Part shown: one piece after another, positions 22,399 through 35,059 of the stretch
Layout of the letters: every line of letters begins with the position of its first letter
Numbering within the stretch: position 1 is the first letter of the stretch
NCBI GenBank assembly: GCA_964106915.2
Contig: OZ066924.1
Source of the DNA: Podarcis gaigeae
Taxonomy: Eukaryota
Reading direction: 5' to 3' (one strand)
Length of the DNA: 64,000 nucleotides
The notes under the pieces: model-generated
The model's input: only the letters and a program-made list of their open reading frames with translations
Database searches by the model: none
Told to the model about the DNA's origin: nothing
Made by a program: the position numbers and the translations under genes

Positions 22399-22816
22399 GT
22401 GTCCCATTCCCCCAGTTTTTGCTCCCTTGAATTTTGTTTTTTATTGTATTTTATTTTTAAATACTTATTTTAAAGACTCCCACCCACCCAGGAATGCTGA
22501 TCCTTTTCCTCTTGTTTTTCAGTGTCTCCATTTTGTCTGGAATTTACCCTTTGAGTTCCTTACTTAGAAGGAGTGATAAATTGTATAACGTTAATGGAAA
22601 TAGTAAAACTGGTAATGAATGTTCAAAATAAAACAAGTTTCAGTTACGAACATTCGGTGACAACATGAGTTCGGCTCTGCATACCTGTACTTTGCTTCAA
22701 ATATTTGAGCAAGACCTCAGATCCTTGGATACTCTTGGAAGAATGTTACAAAAAAGCATTATTTGCAAGTAACAGTTCAATGCCACTGGAACTTGACTAA
22801 GCACCCTTTGTGTCTC

Positions 22817-24205
22817 AGAACATAATAAGATCCCTACTCGATAAGAACAAATGCTGTTCTAGTCTATCATCATGTTTTCCTCAGTGACCAACCAGATGCC
22901 TGTGGAAAGCCTGTAAGCAGGACGACATGAGAGCAATATGCATTATTCAGTGGTTTCCTCCCAGCAACCAGTATGGACAGGCCTAGTGCTTCTGCTCTTG
23001 GAGGTAGTATATAATCATCATGAATAGTAGCCACTTATATTTTTCATCCTCCATTAAATTATCTAACCGCCTTGTAAAGCCATCTAAGTAGATAGCAGTC
23101 ACTGTCAGAATCTCTGTTCGACCGATAAGGCTCATCTTCGGAATCGCCTCCCGACGATTAATTGACGACCTGATCCTTTGATAAGGCCTCAGGCACATTA
23201 TCCCAGCAGAGCATCAAAACAGCATGCAGAAGGATGAGATAGTATGAGCTACATTGCTATGCGTTATTTTCTAGCTATGCAGAAAACAAAGAAATATACA
23301 TTGTCTCCCTGTGAGAGCAGAGAGCAACTGAACAAAGGAACAAAGGAAACAGGAAACCACTAACGTCACATCTCGTCTCCTCTCCTATGAGACTTCCAAG
23401 AGTCTGGACTGTCTCTGGAATGTAAACAGAGTCCTGTGACTCCATGCAGCTGCTCAGTGATAAGAACAGAAACTAACAGTCACCACATTCTGTGGAAACA
23501 AATCTCACAGGATTTGGGTGAATGAAGACATTCCTCCTTTTGTCTGTCTTCACTGGATGACCCCAGGTTCTAGTACTATGGGTTGGGAGAGAGATAATAT
23601 CTATCTCTGTTCTCTTTCTCCAGATCATGCATACTTAACCTTGTAAACCAGAAGTATGCACTGTATTCCGAATGTGGTTGCACCATACTTTTGTATAAAG
23701 GAAGTACAACACTGAGAGTTTGAATCCCTTACATGATGATCTTCTAACATAGAATCCACCTCCTTCACAGCTACCACACAATGAGTCAATGTTTTCATTG
23801 TGTTGTCTACCACAGTCCCTTTCCTAGTTCATCACTGCCAGCTCAGACTCCACAAGAGTATATAAGTTAAGTTAGGCGTGTTTTGGTTTGGTTTTGCCCT
23901 GGTGTAGTTCACTCACTTTATCCTTACATTGAATTGGACTTGCAATTTTAATGTCTGTTTAAGCAGTTTGGAGAGATTGGTTTGGAGCTGTTTGTAATAC
24001 ATTTTCATTTTTTGCACCACCCCTAATAATTTGGTATAATCCACAACCTTGGCCAACTTACTGTTCACCCTCAACCCCAGATCATTGATGAAGATGCTGA
24101 AAAGAAATGCAGATCTTTAGGGGAAACCCCATTCTTCACATCCCTCCATTGCGAGAGTTGTTCATTTGCTCCTGTTCTCTGATTCCTGTTCTTTAACAAG
24201 TTAAC
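22817..24205 (-). mobile_element. CR1 LINE fragment (3'UTR plus ORF2 end), interrupted by a solo LTR
   Basis: CR1-type 3' end at 22817. Decayed ORF2 pieces NEQLSQWRDVKNGV and CVVAVKEVDSML on the minus strand. Contiguous across the LTR. Confidence 0.78.
23103..23478. mobile_element. Solo LTR (376 bp)
   Basis: TGTCAG...CTAACA termini. Perfect 5-bp TSD GTCAC (23098-23102, 23479-23483). Splits the CR1. Confidence 0.85.
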
Positions 24206-24846
24206 AGATCCATAAGACGAGCTATTAGGCATGACAGAATGATAGCCATTATGCTCCTGAAGCCACCTATAACCTTTCTGGAAAAAGGATGTAGGGTAAT
24301 TAAGTAAGTCTCCAATTACCTCAGTGCTTGCTTGAGAGTGGATGTGCTTGCAATTAATGATGGCCTTCAGAAGAAAGAAAACATGCTTACCCACTGCTTT
24401 GAGCAGAAAGGCAGCATCTGCTTGTTTTGTCAGGTTGCTGAGGCACAGCAGGCAATGTCCAACAAGGTTTATTGCATAAAGATTTACATGAATAGCCACA
24501 GTGCTGATCTAATAACTGTTAGGCTCTGCTGGTCTTCCTTACTACCTGGCTTCTAAATTCCAACTCTAAAGAATGTTTCACTGTGGCACTGCAATTTGCA
24601 GAAACTATACTCTTAACACCAGAAGAATACCACTTCTCAGGCCTGTGCAGAGATTGTCTGAGGCCCAGGGTGGGAGTCTTGTTAAAATAAAGTTTTAAAC
24701 TCAAACAAAAAAGCAGCCAGTCCCTTCGAGACCCAGGGCAAGATTCCCTGGCTGCAATGACCTGCCACCACAACCATCAAGTTCATTTATGTGCCATTCT
24801 TTCATATTATGCTCATATATAGTCCATATATTTATCATCAATAGAT

Positions 24847-25227
24847 GGATGTGGGTGGTGCTGTGGTCTAAACCACTGAGCCTTTTCAGCTGCTGATTGT
24901 AAGTTCAGCAGTTCGAATCTGCACAACGGGGTGAGCTCCCATTGCTTTGTCCCAGCTCCTGCCAACCGAGCAGTTCGAAAGCATACCAGCACAAGTAGAT
25001 AAATAGGTACTGCTGTGGCAGAAGGTAAATAGCATTTCCTTGCACTCTGGCTTCTGTTATGGTGCCCGTTGCAGCAGAAGCAGTTTAGTCATGCTAGCCA
25101 CACGACCTGGAAAAGCTGTCTGCAGTCAAATGTCAGCTCCCTCGACCTGAAAGCAGAGATGAATGCTGTGCCCCATAGTAGAAATTGACTGGACTTAACC
25201 ATCCAGGGGTCTTTTATGTTTACCTTT
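24847..25227 (+). mobile_element. Sauria SINE (older, CpG-decayed)
   Basis: Head ggatgtgggtggtgctgtggtctaaacc, B box gttcgaatc, tail tttaccttt. Confidence 0.9.
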
Positions 25228-25543
25228 CCCCCCTAATATATATGTAAAACGGGTACAACAGACACAATCTTAGAAGGGAAGGGTCAGCCACATTAAACAC
25301 AATACAGCATTTAACACTTGGATTTCACTGTTTGGTTATCCCTTTTGAATTTTTATTTTATTTTATATACTCTATCTTGGGGCCTGTGGTCCTCATCCTG
25401 CACCCCACCTCCAAATCACAAATACACCTCTTTTACTGTTTAAGGAATCTCAGAACAGGAAGGATGTCAATCATGGGCAGAGGTTATTCTGTTCACTACA
25501 TGAACCTCAAAAAGGCTGGGGCCACCAATATGATTACTTTAAT

Positions 25544-25996
25544 ACTACTACTACTACTACTACTACTAATAATAATAATAATAATATTTTTTATTTATAT
25601 CCCACCCTCCCCAGCCGAAGCCGGGCTCAGGGCAGCTAACAACAATAAAATAGTACAACATTCTAAAATCATTTAATTATAAAATTAATTCAAATCAAAT
25701 TGATGGCAACCATTAGGCTAAAGTTCTGTGAAGATTGCCAAAGGAGGGAGTCAGGCTATGCCCTGACCAAAGGCCTGGTGGAACAGCTCTGTCTTGCAGG
25801 CCCTGCGGAAAGATGTCAAGTCCCGCAGGGCCCTAGTCTCTTGTGACAGAGCATTCCACCAGATTGGAGCCACAGCCGAAAAAGCCCTGGCTCTAGTTGA
25901 GGCCAGCCTAACCTCTCTGTGTCCTGGGACCTTCAGGATGTTTTTGTTTGAAGACCGTAAGTTCCTCTGTGGGACATACCAGGAGAGGCGGTCCCT
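25544..25996 (-). mobile_element. L2 LINE 3' fragment with (TAT)/(TAG) microsatellite tail
   Basis: Minus-strand translation RDRLSWYVPQRNLRSS..RARAFSAVAPIWWNALS..FRRACKTELF is a typical L2 ORF2 C-terminus. Confidence 0.85.
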
Positions 25997-26331
25997 CCCT
26001 TTAAGTCATTATGCACACCTTCAGGCACATAACTAAATTTGATTAGATGTGTGGCTTTCCCACTCCATTCAATTCTACAATGTGATTCCCAATTGGGTGG
26101 GATTGCCTACATGACCAATAAAGAAGGCATCATAGGAATAAGGGGAAATGGCAACAGAAACAGAGAGCAGTCTTTCAGTTATCTCCTGGTGTATTTATTT
26201 ATATTTCATTCATTTAAATATATATGTTGCCTTTCTAGACAAAGTCTTCTCAATATAAGCAACCAGTCAATGTAGTGAAAAACAGAATCACTTCTGCATA
26301 ATTTTCCCAACAAGATCAACATAGCTATCGT

Positions 26332-26670
26332 AAAGGTAAAGGGACCTCTGACTGTTAGGTCCAGTCGCAGACGACTTTGGGGTTGCGGCACTCATCTCGC
26401 TTTACTGGCCGAGGGAGCCGGCGTTTGTTTGCAGATAGCTTCCAGGTCATGTGGCCAGCATGACTAAGCCACACTAGAGCAGCACACGGAAACACTGTTT
26501 ACCTTCTCGCCGGAGCAGTACCTATTTATCTACTTGCACTTTGACGTGCTTTCGAACTGCTAGGTGGACAGGATTAGGGACTGAGCAACGGGAGCTCACC
26601 CCGTCGCGGGGATTCTGATTGACAAGCCCTAGGCTCTGTGGTTTAAACCACAGTGCCACCCACATCCCTT
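26332..26670 (-). mobile_element. Sauria SINE
   Basis: TSD ATAGCTATCRT (26321-26331, 26671-26681). Small deletion through the B-box region. Confidence 0.93.
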
Positions 26671-27472
26671 ATAGCTATCATGGACTGCCCTAAAGCAGCA
26701 AGATGATTCCAATGGCCAGTTTAGTTATTAATTTCTGTGTTTTGGGTTGGATGCAAATTTTACTGAATTATTCACCCATCCCAAGTGTTAAAGGATACAC
26801 CAGAAAAAGAAATTATCACGTACCCAGTATTAGAAATGCCTGTCCTAACAGGAATAAAGTAGATTTACAGGGATAGTGTGCCCAAAAGCAAAACTACCAT
26901 GAATTTTAGTGGTGCAGGATTTCACCCATTGTGTATAACACTGATTACTCGGGGCCAGGCCAGTCTCTTTTCTCATATAGATGGAAAGATTATGTTTGCA
27001 AATGCTCTGCTTGGATCTCCTGAAGCTTTCGTTTATCCACTGCAGGCAAAGATAAGGCATTTCCCAAACTGCACAGCCCCTTTTCACACTTATGTATAGT
27101 CTGCCCTGAAGTGTGTTGCTTTTCCTTAAAGCCTTTGAAATTACGGTTAGCATTTTCCTGTTTTGGATTTCATGAGCATGCCTTGTTACAAGGTAGACAA
27201 TACAATGCAATTCAGTTAAGCCTGCAAAGAAGGGAAATATGCTAACTCAGATTTCAGATATGAACTGCATATTACACCTCACTATCAATAATGTATAATC
27301 TAATAAAGCCAAGGTAATTCACTGATATTTTTGTTCTTCTTTCACACACACCCCTCTTTTTCCACTCTAACACATTTTTTTTAAAAAATGTATAGGTTGG
27401 TTGGTCATTTAGCCTTATTTGCCTGCAGAATATAAATCTGTGGCAAGAGCAAAAAATAGCATATGGGCTACT

Positions 27473-27619
27473 CAATGCTATTTTTCTAGAAAAAGAGGGG
27501 CCAGGACTCACCAAACTCACCATGAACATCTCTCTTGTTCTCTTAGAATTGCAAAGACGTCCACCTGAGAGGTGCCAGAACTGAGTTCCAGTGAGTTCCA
27601 GTTGGAAGAAAAAGCCCTG
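27473..27619. mobile_element. hAT-like MITE
   Basis: Imperfect TIRs caatgctatttttct / agaaaaagccctg and an internal gagttcca repeat. No TSD seen. Confidence 0.55.
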
Positions 27620-28086
27620 GATATCATTCTCATAAAAACAGAGAGCGCACAAAAATAGAGTAATAGACTGACACGAAACTCTTTGGGTTCCCTAAACCAA
27701 TATGTGGCATTTCATTTATGCTGTGGTTCAACTCAGGGAGCAATAAGATCATCCTGAGTCACCCAAATTCACTTCATAATTTGCTTCCAGGACAAAGGAC
27801 TTGCACACCTCTACTATATCAGTGCCTTGTTGAGATACTGATTCATAAAAGCTTCTCTCTACTGTTAAAAGGGATGACCACCTCTAATAGTTACTTGTTC
27901 ATTTCATCTCAGAGTAATGTTTTGGTAACAAAGTAACAACAGAGCCCCTCAAAATAAAGTGTACCCTTCACTGTCAGCATTGCCAATTAAAAGTTGTCCC
28001 CTGGTATAGAAAATGACCCCCCACCAATTAATCTTCTACAGCTTCTACGGAATGAAATAACCTTTGCCAACCTGCTGCCCTCCAGA

Positions 28087-28890
28087 ATGGTAGAATAAAT
28101 CTTTATTTGTATCGGCCATAGGCCATAGCAATAAAACAACAATACGATATTCAAAGAATCAAAATAGAAAGTCAAAAACCTCGCAACCTTTGCAGTCATC
28201 TGCTTCTCTTGATCTGCCAGGAGAAAAGACACTGTGGCAGTGGTTGAGCGACCCAGAATGGACAATAAAAGAGGGGTCATAATCTCATTCCTCAACTCTT
28301 TATAAAGAGTGCAAGCCAGAAGGGCATGTGCCACCGATTTGGTACTGCCATCTCCACAGGGACATAAGTGTTTTTCGTGTGGCATCTGTTGGAATCGTCC
28401 TTCAAGTACAGCTGGGGGCAATACATTCAATCTTGCGAGAGTAAAATTGTGTCTATATTTTAGAATTGCTAGGTTATGCAGATAGGGTGCCAGACCATCG
28501 GAATGGGAAGATGGGAAATAGTCATACCATGGGCAAAATTTCCTTATTGTGGCCAAGTTGTTCTGACGCTTGATATCATTTAGGCGCTGACAAATTAGAC
28601 TGTTTGCTTTACTAAACCCAAAGTGAGTAGCTGTTGTGGTGATAAACCACAAGAGTGAAGTTTTTGATAGACAATTTTAGTCCCGGCACTCTTGTGACAA
28701 TTTTGCAGCACTAGGGATATTAGACCGGGGGGATTTGAATTTAGGCGAAGCCAGTAGTTAAGTGTCCTATGCCAGATCTGTAATTCTATTGAGGGAAAAT
28801 TAGCCTCTAGGTGCAATGATGTCTTTGGGACACAGGGTGGTAATTTGCCTTAAGAACTTTGATTGGACAGCTTCCGTAGATTCCGCAGAT
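28087..28890 (-). mobile_element. RTE-X-like LINE 3' fragment inserted into an old URR1-like MITE
   Basis: TSD CTGSTGCCCTCCAGA (14/15) at 28072-28086 and 28891-28905. Translation FTLARLNVLP..EGRF..CPCGDG..AHALLAC..Y..LR (zinc knuckle). Confidence 0.82.
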
Positions 28891-31705
28891 CTGGTGCCCT
28901 CCAGATATTTTCCATTATAAGCTCCATTCACTCCTAACCAGTGTTGGTGAAATCTGGATTAAAGCTTGCAGCACTGTAGGACATTCAGTGGCAGATAGGT
29001 TTGGTATAGCTGTGTCCAAACCATACACAGAATTTCAAAAATTCATTTGGTTTCCAAAAATGGCACAAATTCAGATTAATTTCAATGCATACTAACTGGT
29101 TTGTGGGTTGTTGTTTTTTTGGTCTGATTAATTTCTTCACCACTGACTGTGTAAGACAGGCATTCTAAAAGCCAAAGCATATCACTTTCCTGGGCTTCTA
29201 TGGGTGTTTTGTAATGCATAACTGGGAGTGTCAGAAAAAAAGCAGATAACTTTCCTTCTGTGGCATGAAAAATACTGTTTGTGTGTTTTTAAAGAAAATT
29301 AGCAGCAGTCCTCCATGCCAAATCATAATAATAAAACTTTTAAACTTCCACTGGCATCCTATGCAGTCTGCCGTTTGGCATGGGGCAGAGTGCTTTTTTG
29401 AAAAACAAAACAAAACACATTGCTTTCTACCATTCCTGGGGAGGCAAAGGAAATGTTGTGGGGCTTTTTGGCACTTGGTCAAAGTTATTGCTATGACTGA
29501 GGAACAAAAGTCTAGCGTTACCCATACGAGTTCAGCAGAGGTGGTGACAACTCTGCTGAACTACACAGACTTCAAAGGCTCTAACACTACAATTCAGGGA
29601 ACAGATATGTAAGAAAATAAAAATCAAGACTAAGCTGCACCCAGAATTTAAATGAAAGCCAAACCAAAACCTATTCAATTTAAAATTAAATTACCTCAAA
29701 CTTCCTAATAGTTTCCAAAAGTTAGATATGGGCATGTTAACAGTATGCAAGATAAGCTGTTCTCACGGTTTATTTTTAACATGGGTGGAAACCAGAAGGT
29801 ATTCGCAGTCTAACTAGGAAGCCTACATTTTTGAGAGATGGCCAATCTGATTTCTCAATCAAACAGGTTCAGCAAGATAAATTTATGTAAGCTTAAGATA
29901 ACCATCCAAACTTAAGGACGCCTATCCAAAATGAATGGAAGCATGAAGGCTTTTTTAGGTTCACACATCAGTAGTTAGGAGACTATCTTGTTTCGGTTGA
30001 TTTTATAGTAAATTGCTTTTCCTGTGCATCAGATATTTCTAACTTGGCCAGAGCAACTGAAATAGTTGAAAATCAAAGATGGGTTTTTAACCATGTTCTG
30101 CTAAGGTAAGAATCTTCCAAGTCATGATGATTGCAAAGCTTTAGCATGAATGCAGATATGTCTGAAATAATATGTTCATTAAAATTCTAACTATAAAATG
30201 TCATCATTTCAGTGGCAAATTTGGATTATTATCATGCTCTGAAGTACAATAAACCATCCATTTGCAGAGCAAACCAAAGCAGATTGGGGCACAATTAAAT
30301 GCAGAGGAGCCCCAAAATCTAAGCTCTGCTTCTCCCTCCCCCCTTCCATCAGTTGATGGTATTTTATTGATTTTACCTCCCATTGTGACCAGTTGAAGAA
30401 AAAATAAGTTCCCAGATCTGGTGCGTTTTTCTCTCAGTTCTGGAGGCATGTCAGGGAAATAAGGAGACTTTGATCCACCACCATTACTATTAATAATTAC
30501 AATTCCACATATCTAAAAAAAAATGTGCTTAAGAAAAATAAATATGCATAAGTAAAATAAAAATAATTAATGTTGCATCTGCAGTACCGAGGCTTCAAAT
30601 ATATTTTTATTTGACCAAAACTGCCAATTTGCTGTTGATTTGGATAGTTAATGGTACAAATTACTTTTTTAGAAAATTAGCTTCTTCTGAAAAGGTTTTC
30701 CAGATAAAGAAGTCTTATTTATGGAAGGACATTATTAAAAAATACAAGTTACAAAAATTCCTGCATTTTAATAAAATTGTGCTTATGCTGGTATTTTTGT
30801 CCAGACCTTTGTTAGCTGCATTGACCAACAACCCTCTCCATTCATTTACATTTTAATTATCTTTTCTAAAGTCACTAAGTGCATCCCCTGTGAGAATTAC
30901 ATGGTGTCCTTGCTGCACTGTTTGACACATGATTAACAAGAGTGATCTTTAATTTGCTTTTTCAAACTGCTTCCTTCAAATACAATTTTACCCGAAATAT
31001 CAACATGGGTGAAAAGATTAAAAGAAAACTATGAATAAAGCAATTAACTCTGACATGAAATTAAAGAAATGCCACTCTATGAAGTCCATTGCTATACTGA
31101 ACAGAAAAAAAATAAACTGGAAATAAAACATACAGTGGACCTACCTCATAATACACTAATAAAATTCTTATGACATTTTTTCTTTATTGAAAGTGAATAG
31201 AAAGTATTTTATTGGGGAAACACAATATTTTAGTTGTACTGAAAATATTATTTGGGTAAATAGAGAAAAGTTAGAAAGATTATACATTGCATCATCAAAT
31301 CTCTCTTTATTAAGCCTGATATAGTCTGGGTAACACACCAGTTATTTCCCGGAAGCAATAATCTTTCTTTTGGAAGACAGTAAAAACAGATAATGTCCAT
31401 ACAACATTTCTCAGAAATATTGCATGCAATGTCTCTGTATCATTTGCATTGTGCACCACATTAGAATTAGCCAGTTTAAGTTGTATAAAGCCATAAAGTC
31501 CACTGTTGATCTTTGAGTAGCACCATTCTTTTTCTTTAAGCCCAGATCTAATAAACCTGCTTTACTTGGTCCTGAATGCTGTTGGATCCAATAGGATCTT
31601 CCTGCTCTCTTTCTGCCTTACTCGTGTGAAGGGCATTAATGTGTTCAAAAGGGCATTCATGTGTTCAGGGCAGGGCCATGTTGCTGGCCCTGCCCTGAAC
31701 ACTTA

Positions 31706-32071
31706 AAAAAATAAAATAAGGTAAAGGACCTCTGACAATTAAGTCCAGTTGCGAACGACTCTGGGGTTGCGGCGCTCATCTCGCTTTACTGGTCGAGGGA
31801 ACCGACGTTTGTCCGCAGACAGTTTTCCGGGTCATGTGGTCAGCATGACTAAGCCACTTCTGGCGAACCAGAGCAGCACACGGAAATGCCATTTACCTTC
31901 CCGCTGGAGCAGTACCTATTTATCTACTTGCACTTTGACGTGCTTTCAAACTGCTAGGTTGGCAGAAGCTGGGACCAAACAACAGGAACTCACCCCATCG
32001 CAGGGATTCAAGCCACCGATCTTCTCATTGGCAAGCCCTAGGCTCTGTGGTTTACACTACAGCACCACCCT
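31706..32071 (-). mobile_element. Sauria SINE
   Basis: 15-bp perfect TSD TGCCCTGAACACTTA (31691-31705, 32072-32086). Confidence 0.93.
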
Positions 32072-32497
32072 TGCCCTGAACACTTAGCTCCACCCTAATA
32101 CTTGCATGTTGAGCATTGCTCTCAAAAGAGGACAGTCTATACAAGAACAGCATCAGTCCCAGTTAGGAAGAGCGTGTGTGCATTGGCAGCTTCTCATATA
32201 GGCTTCCATCTTCAGATGTCCAACCTCTACACATCAGAGCTGGAGCAGCCAGTGCCCATGACATTGAGGTTAATGGTTCTCAGAATTATGGCATTGAGGG
32301 TTGAGTCAGCAGCATGGCTGTACTCATTGTTGTATTTGGCTAACATGTCAAGTGAACTCCAGTGGATAGTCTAAGTATAGTAGCCTTAAACAGGATGCCA
32401 GTACTGCTGATATATGATGAGATAAAGAAGATGTTTAAAATGAACAAAGCCCCCCACAAAACCTGAGGTGTTTCTGTTAGGTATTATAGGTGCAGAA

Positions 32498-32633
32498 CAG
32501 GCATAGGCAAACTCGGCCCTCCAGATGTTTTGGGACTACAACTCCCATCATCCCTAGCTAACAGGACCACTGGTGAGGGATGATGGGAACTGTAGTCCCA
32601 AAACATCTGGAGGGCCGAGTTTGCCTATGCCTG
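32498..32633. mobile_element. URR1-like hAT MITE, young
   Basis: 136-bp near-perfect palindrome with TIR CAGGCATAGGCAAACTCGGCCCTCCAGATGTTTTGGGACTACA. Perfect 8-bp TSD GTGCAGAA. Confidence 0.95.
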
Positions 32634-33343
32634 GTGCAGAAGTTCTCCAAAAATGTTAAAGCTGTTTATGCATGTAACAACAGAAGCTAGGATTCTTTAT
32701 GCGCAAGAAGTGTGAATCACTTCAGGATGTCTCATGCAAAGTGATTCATAAATGTAATTATTATTAATAATAAATATCTTTGCTGCAGTAAAATATCTGT
32801 CCCATATTCAGGCTCAGGTATTTCAGTGAGAGTCCACCATTCAGGTTTTACACCAGCATTTAGGTTTTATAACAGATGGGTGGATACACACCTCATTTGT
32901 CAAGCTTTTACTTTCTGTTTCCTATAATATGTGAATCCTTCCAGTGTTCTCAGGTAAACGAGGTTTATTATTCTAGTCAATCTATTGTTCTGTGACTCAG
33001 GGAAACCGATCAATACCATTTTCAGAGCAATTACAATACCTACATAATCCATACAGTAACAATGAAATTTGCTATAATGAAGTGTCTGTAATCCTGAATT
33101 AAATTGCAGATAGAAAAGGAACAAAAAAAGGGGATTGCCAGAATAATTATGAAGATTAAAGGAGTGAAATCCTTCATTCTGTTATCAGTTGTGAACAACT
33201 GGCAATTAAATGATCATTTTAAACTGTTTTAACTGAAGTTTACCTGGAACTGCATTGTTAAAACTTCAAATGTTGCTACATGCAAGACATCTGATGAAGC
33301 AGAGCAAATGCTGTTTTGCAATGCCTGAAATTTAGAATATATA

Positions 33344-33515
33344 CCGTATTTTTCCGGCTATAAGATGCCCCCATGTATAAGATGCCTCCCTATTTTGGGG
33401 GACAGATTTAAGAAAATGGCGGGGGGGGGGGAGTTTTCCATGTATAATACACCCCCCAATTTTTGACTTTATTTTTTTTGGAAAAAAACCTAGTCTTATA
33501 CACGGAAAAATACAG
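33344..33515. mobile_element. Tc1/mariner (pogo/Tigger-like) MITE
   Basis: TIRs ccgtatttttccggctataaga / tcttatacacggaaaaatacag, flanked by TA. Confidence 0.85.
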
Positions 33516-34395
33516 TATATTTTTGGATAACAGTGGATTTGACAACTATGCTTTTAAAGGAAAAGCTCAGGAGAAATGTGGCTGTTACACCTATTTTCTT
33601 TTAATTGTCGAATGATTCTGTGTACATTGCAGCAGCCTTTGGCTACGTACAATAAAACTGACTGACTGTTACACCTCACCGGGGCTATGCACCACTTCCC
33701 GCTGCAGGTGGGGGATTGCATGTATGAATGTTGCCCCATGTAAGCCTCTGCAAATAAAAATAAACAAATAAAAAAAATTTACATTGAAATGCATGTGGCA
33801 CATAAGTTTCTCTGTGCGTAGAAAACCTATATAGAAATGTACCCCTCCGTGCTTTTTTAAAAATATTTTATTTATGTGTCATCTTGGCTTCTTTTTTTTG
33901 GTAAATCACCTTAGAACCTCCTCTGAAGGGCAGCACATAAATATTTGAAAGAAAATAAATAAATAAAACCAATATTAGGCTTGAAACTTTCCCTCTGACA
34001 TGTAACGTTTCCACAGGTAGTGCACTTTTGATGTGAGTATTCAGTCATGACTGAGATTTTTTTTTTCTTCCGGAAAAGTTATAAACTTCAGAAGGCAAAT
34101 ACAGTCTCCAGCCAAATAACCCATTCTTTATCCGAGAATGGTCCAGATATGCAGAATTCGATGCTATCTGCACTATACATATCATACCCCTTTAAACATA
34201 CATTTATTATTGATATCATAAAATTTACACACCACTTGATCGTAAATCAACAACAACCCTTAAAGCGGTTTACAAAATGGCTCCCTTCACAAAGAATCCT
34301 GTCATTTGCTAAGGGTGCTGTGCATTTTTTGGATAACCCTATTCTTCTCACAGGCTGTAACTACAGCTCCTGAGTAGTTTAAGAAAGGCCAGAGT

Positions 34396-34691
34396 TGTGT
34401 TTGACAGATAGGAACTAGAAGCTAGAAGCCAGAAGCAGGCTGTAGGCTGAAGCCTAATAGTAAGAGCCATGCATGATTTCTGCTGGAATCAAGAGAAGCA
34501 AGACCTTCTGGGGTGTTAATGCTGTGAGCCCTTCCATTGTAGGGTCAGGTTGTATATATGTGTAAATAAACCATATAACATAAAGACACAACAGTCTCTG
34601 CTGTCCCTCATTCTGATGAAACCAAACCGTGTGTAAGCGCATGGAACTCCTGGGATCTCGCACTGTTTGAAGATTGGGGTGTCAGGCAACA
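34396..34691 (+). mobile_element. Possible LTR remnant
   Basis: TG...CA bounded segment with short purine repeats, tatatatgtgtaAATAAA and a U5-like tail. No clear TSD. Confidence 0.4.
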
Positions 34692-35059
34692 ATATTCATC
34701 CTTCCTTATACTGAGCATACTGAGCCAAAACAGCCCTCTTCTGAGTGGCGTTGAGCTTGCTCTCTGAAGTTTCATTAAAAGTCACTTGCTAATATGTTCC
34801 ACTCACACCACAGATTTCCCCACCCCTGCTTCTTTGTGCAGCTGCCTCTGCCACTGAAAAATGTGCTATTCTCCAGAACAGTGTGAGATGGGACATGAGA
34901 CTGCAGAAGGAGAGGGAAAATGGCAGATTGTTTGGGCAGGGGGAAAGCACCTTGAATGTGTGGTGGTGCCTTTTAGGAGGAGAGATGGGATCTTTCCATC
35001 AACTCTGCTGAAAGGCCAGTTTCAACAAGCCTCTATCTCAACTGCTCTCTCTCAGTTGT

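Noticed and set aside
22685-22733. Possible 49-nt minus-strand micro-exon (ttccaag...ACAG/gtatgc)
   Set aside because: The splice-like ends are plausible but the peptide is unrecognised. It cannot be supported without RNA-seq.
30033-30105. Possible 73-nt plus-strand exon (catcag...AAG/gtaaga)
   Set aside because: One open frame only, with no recognisable homology. Such signals are common by chance.
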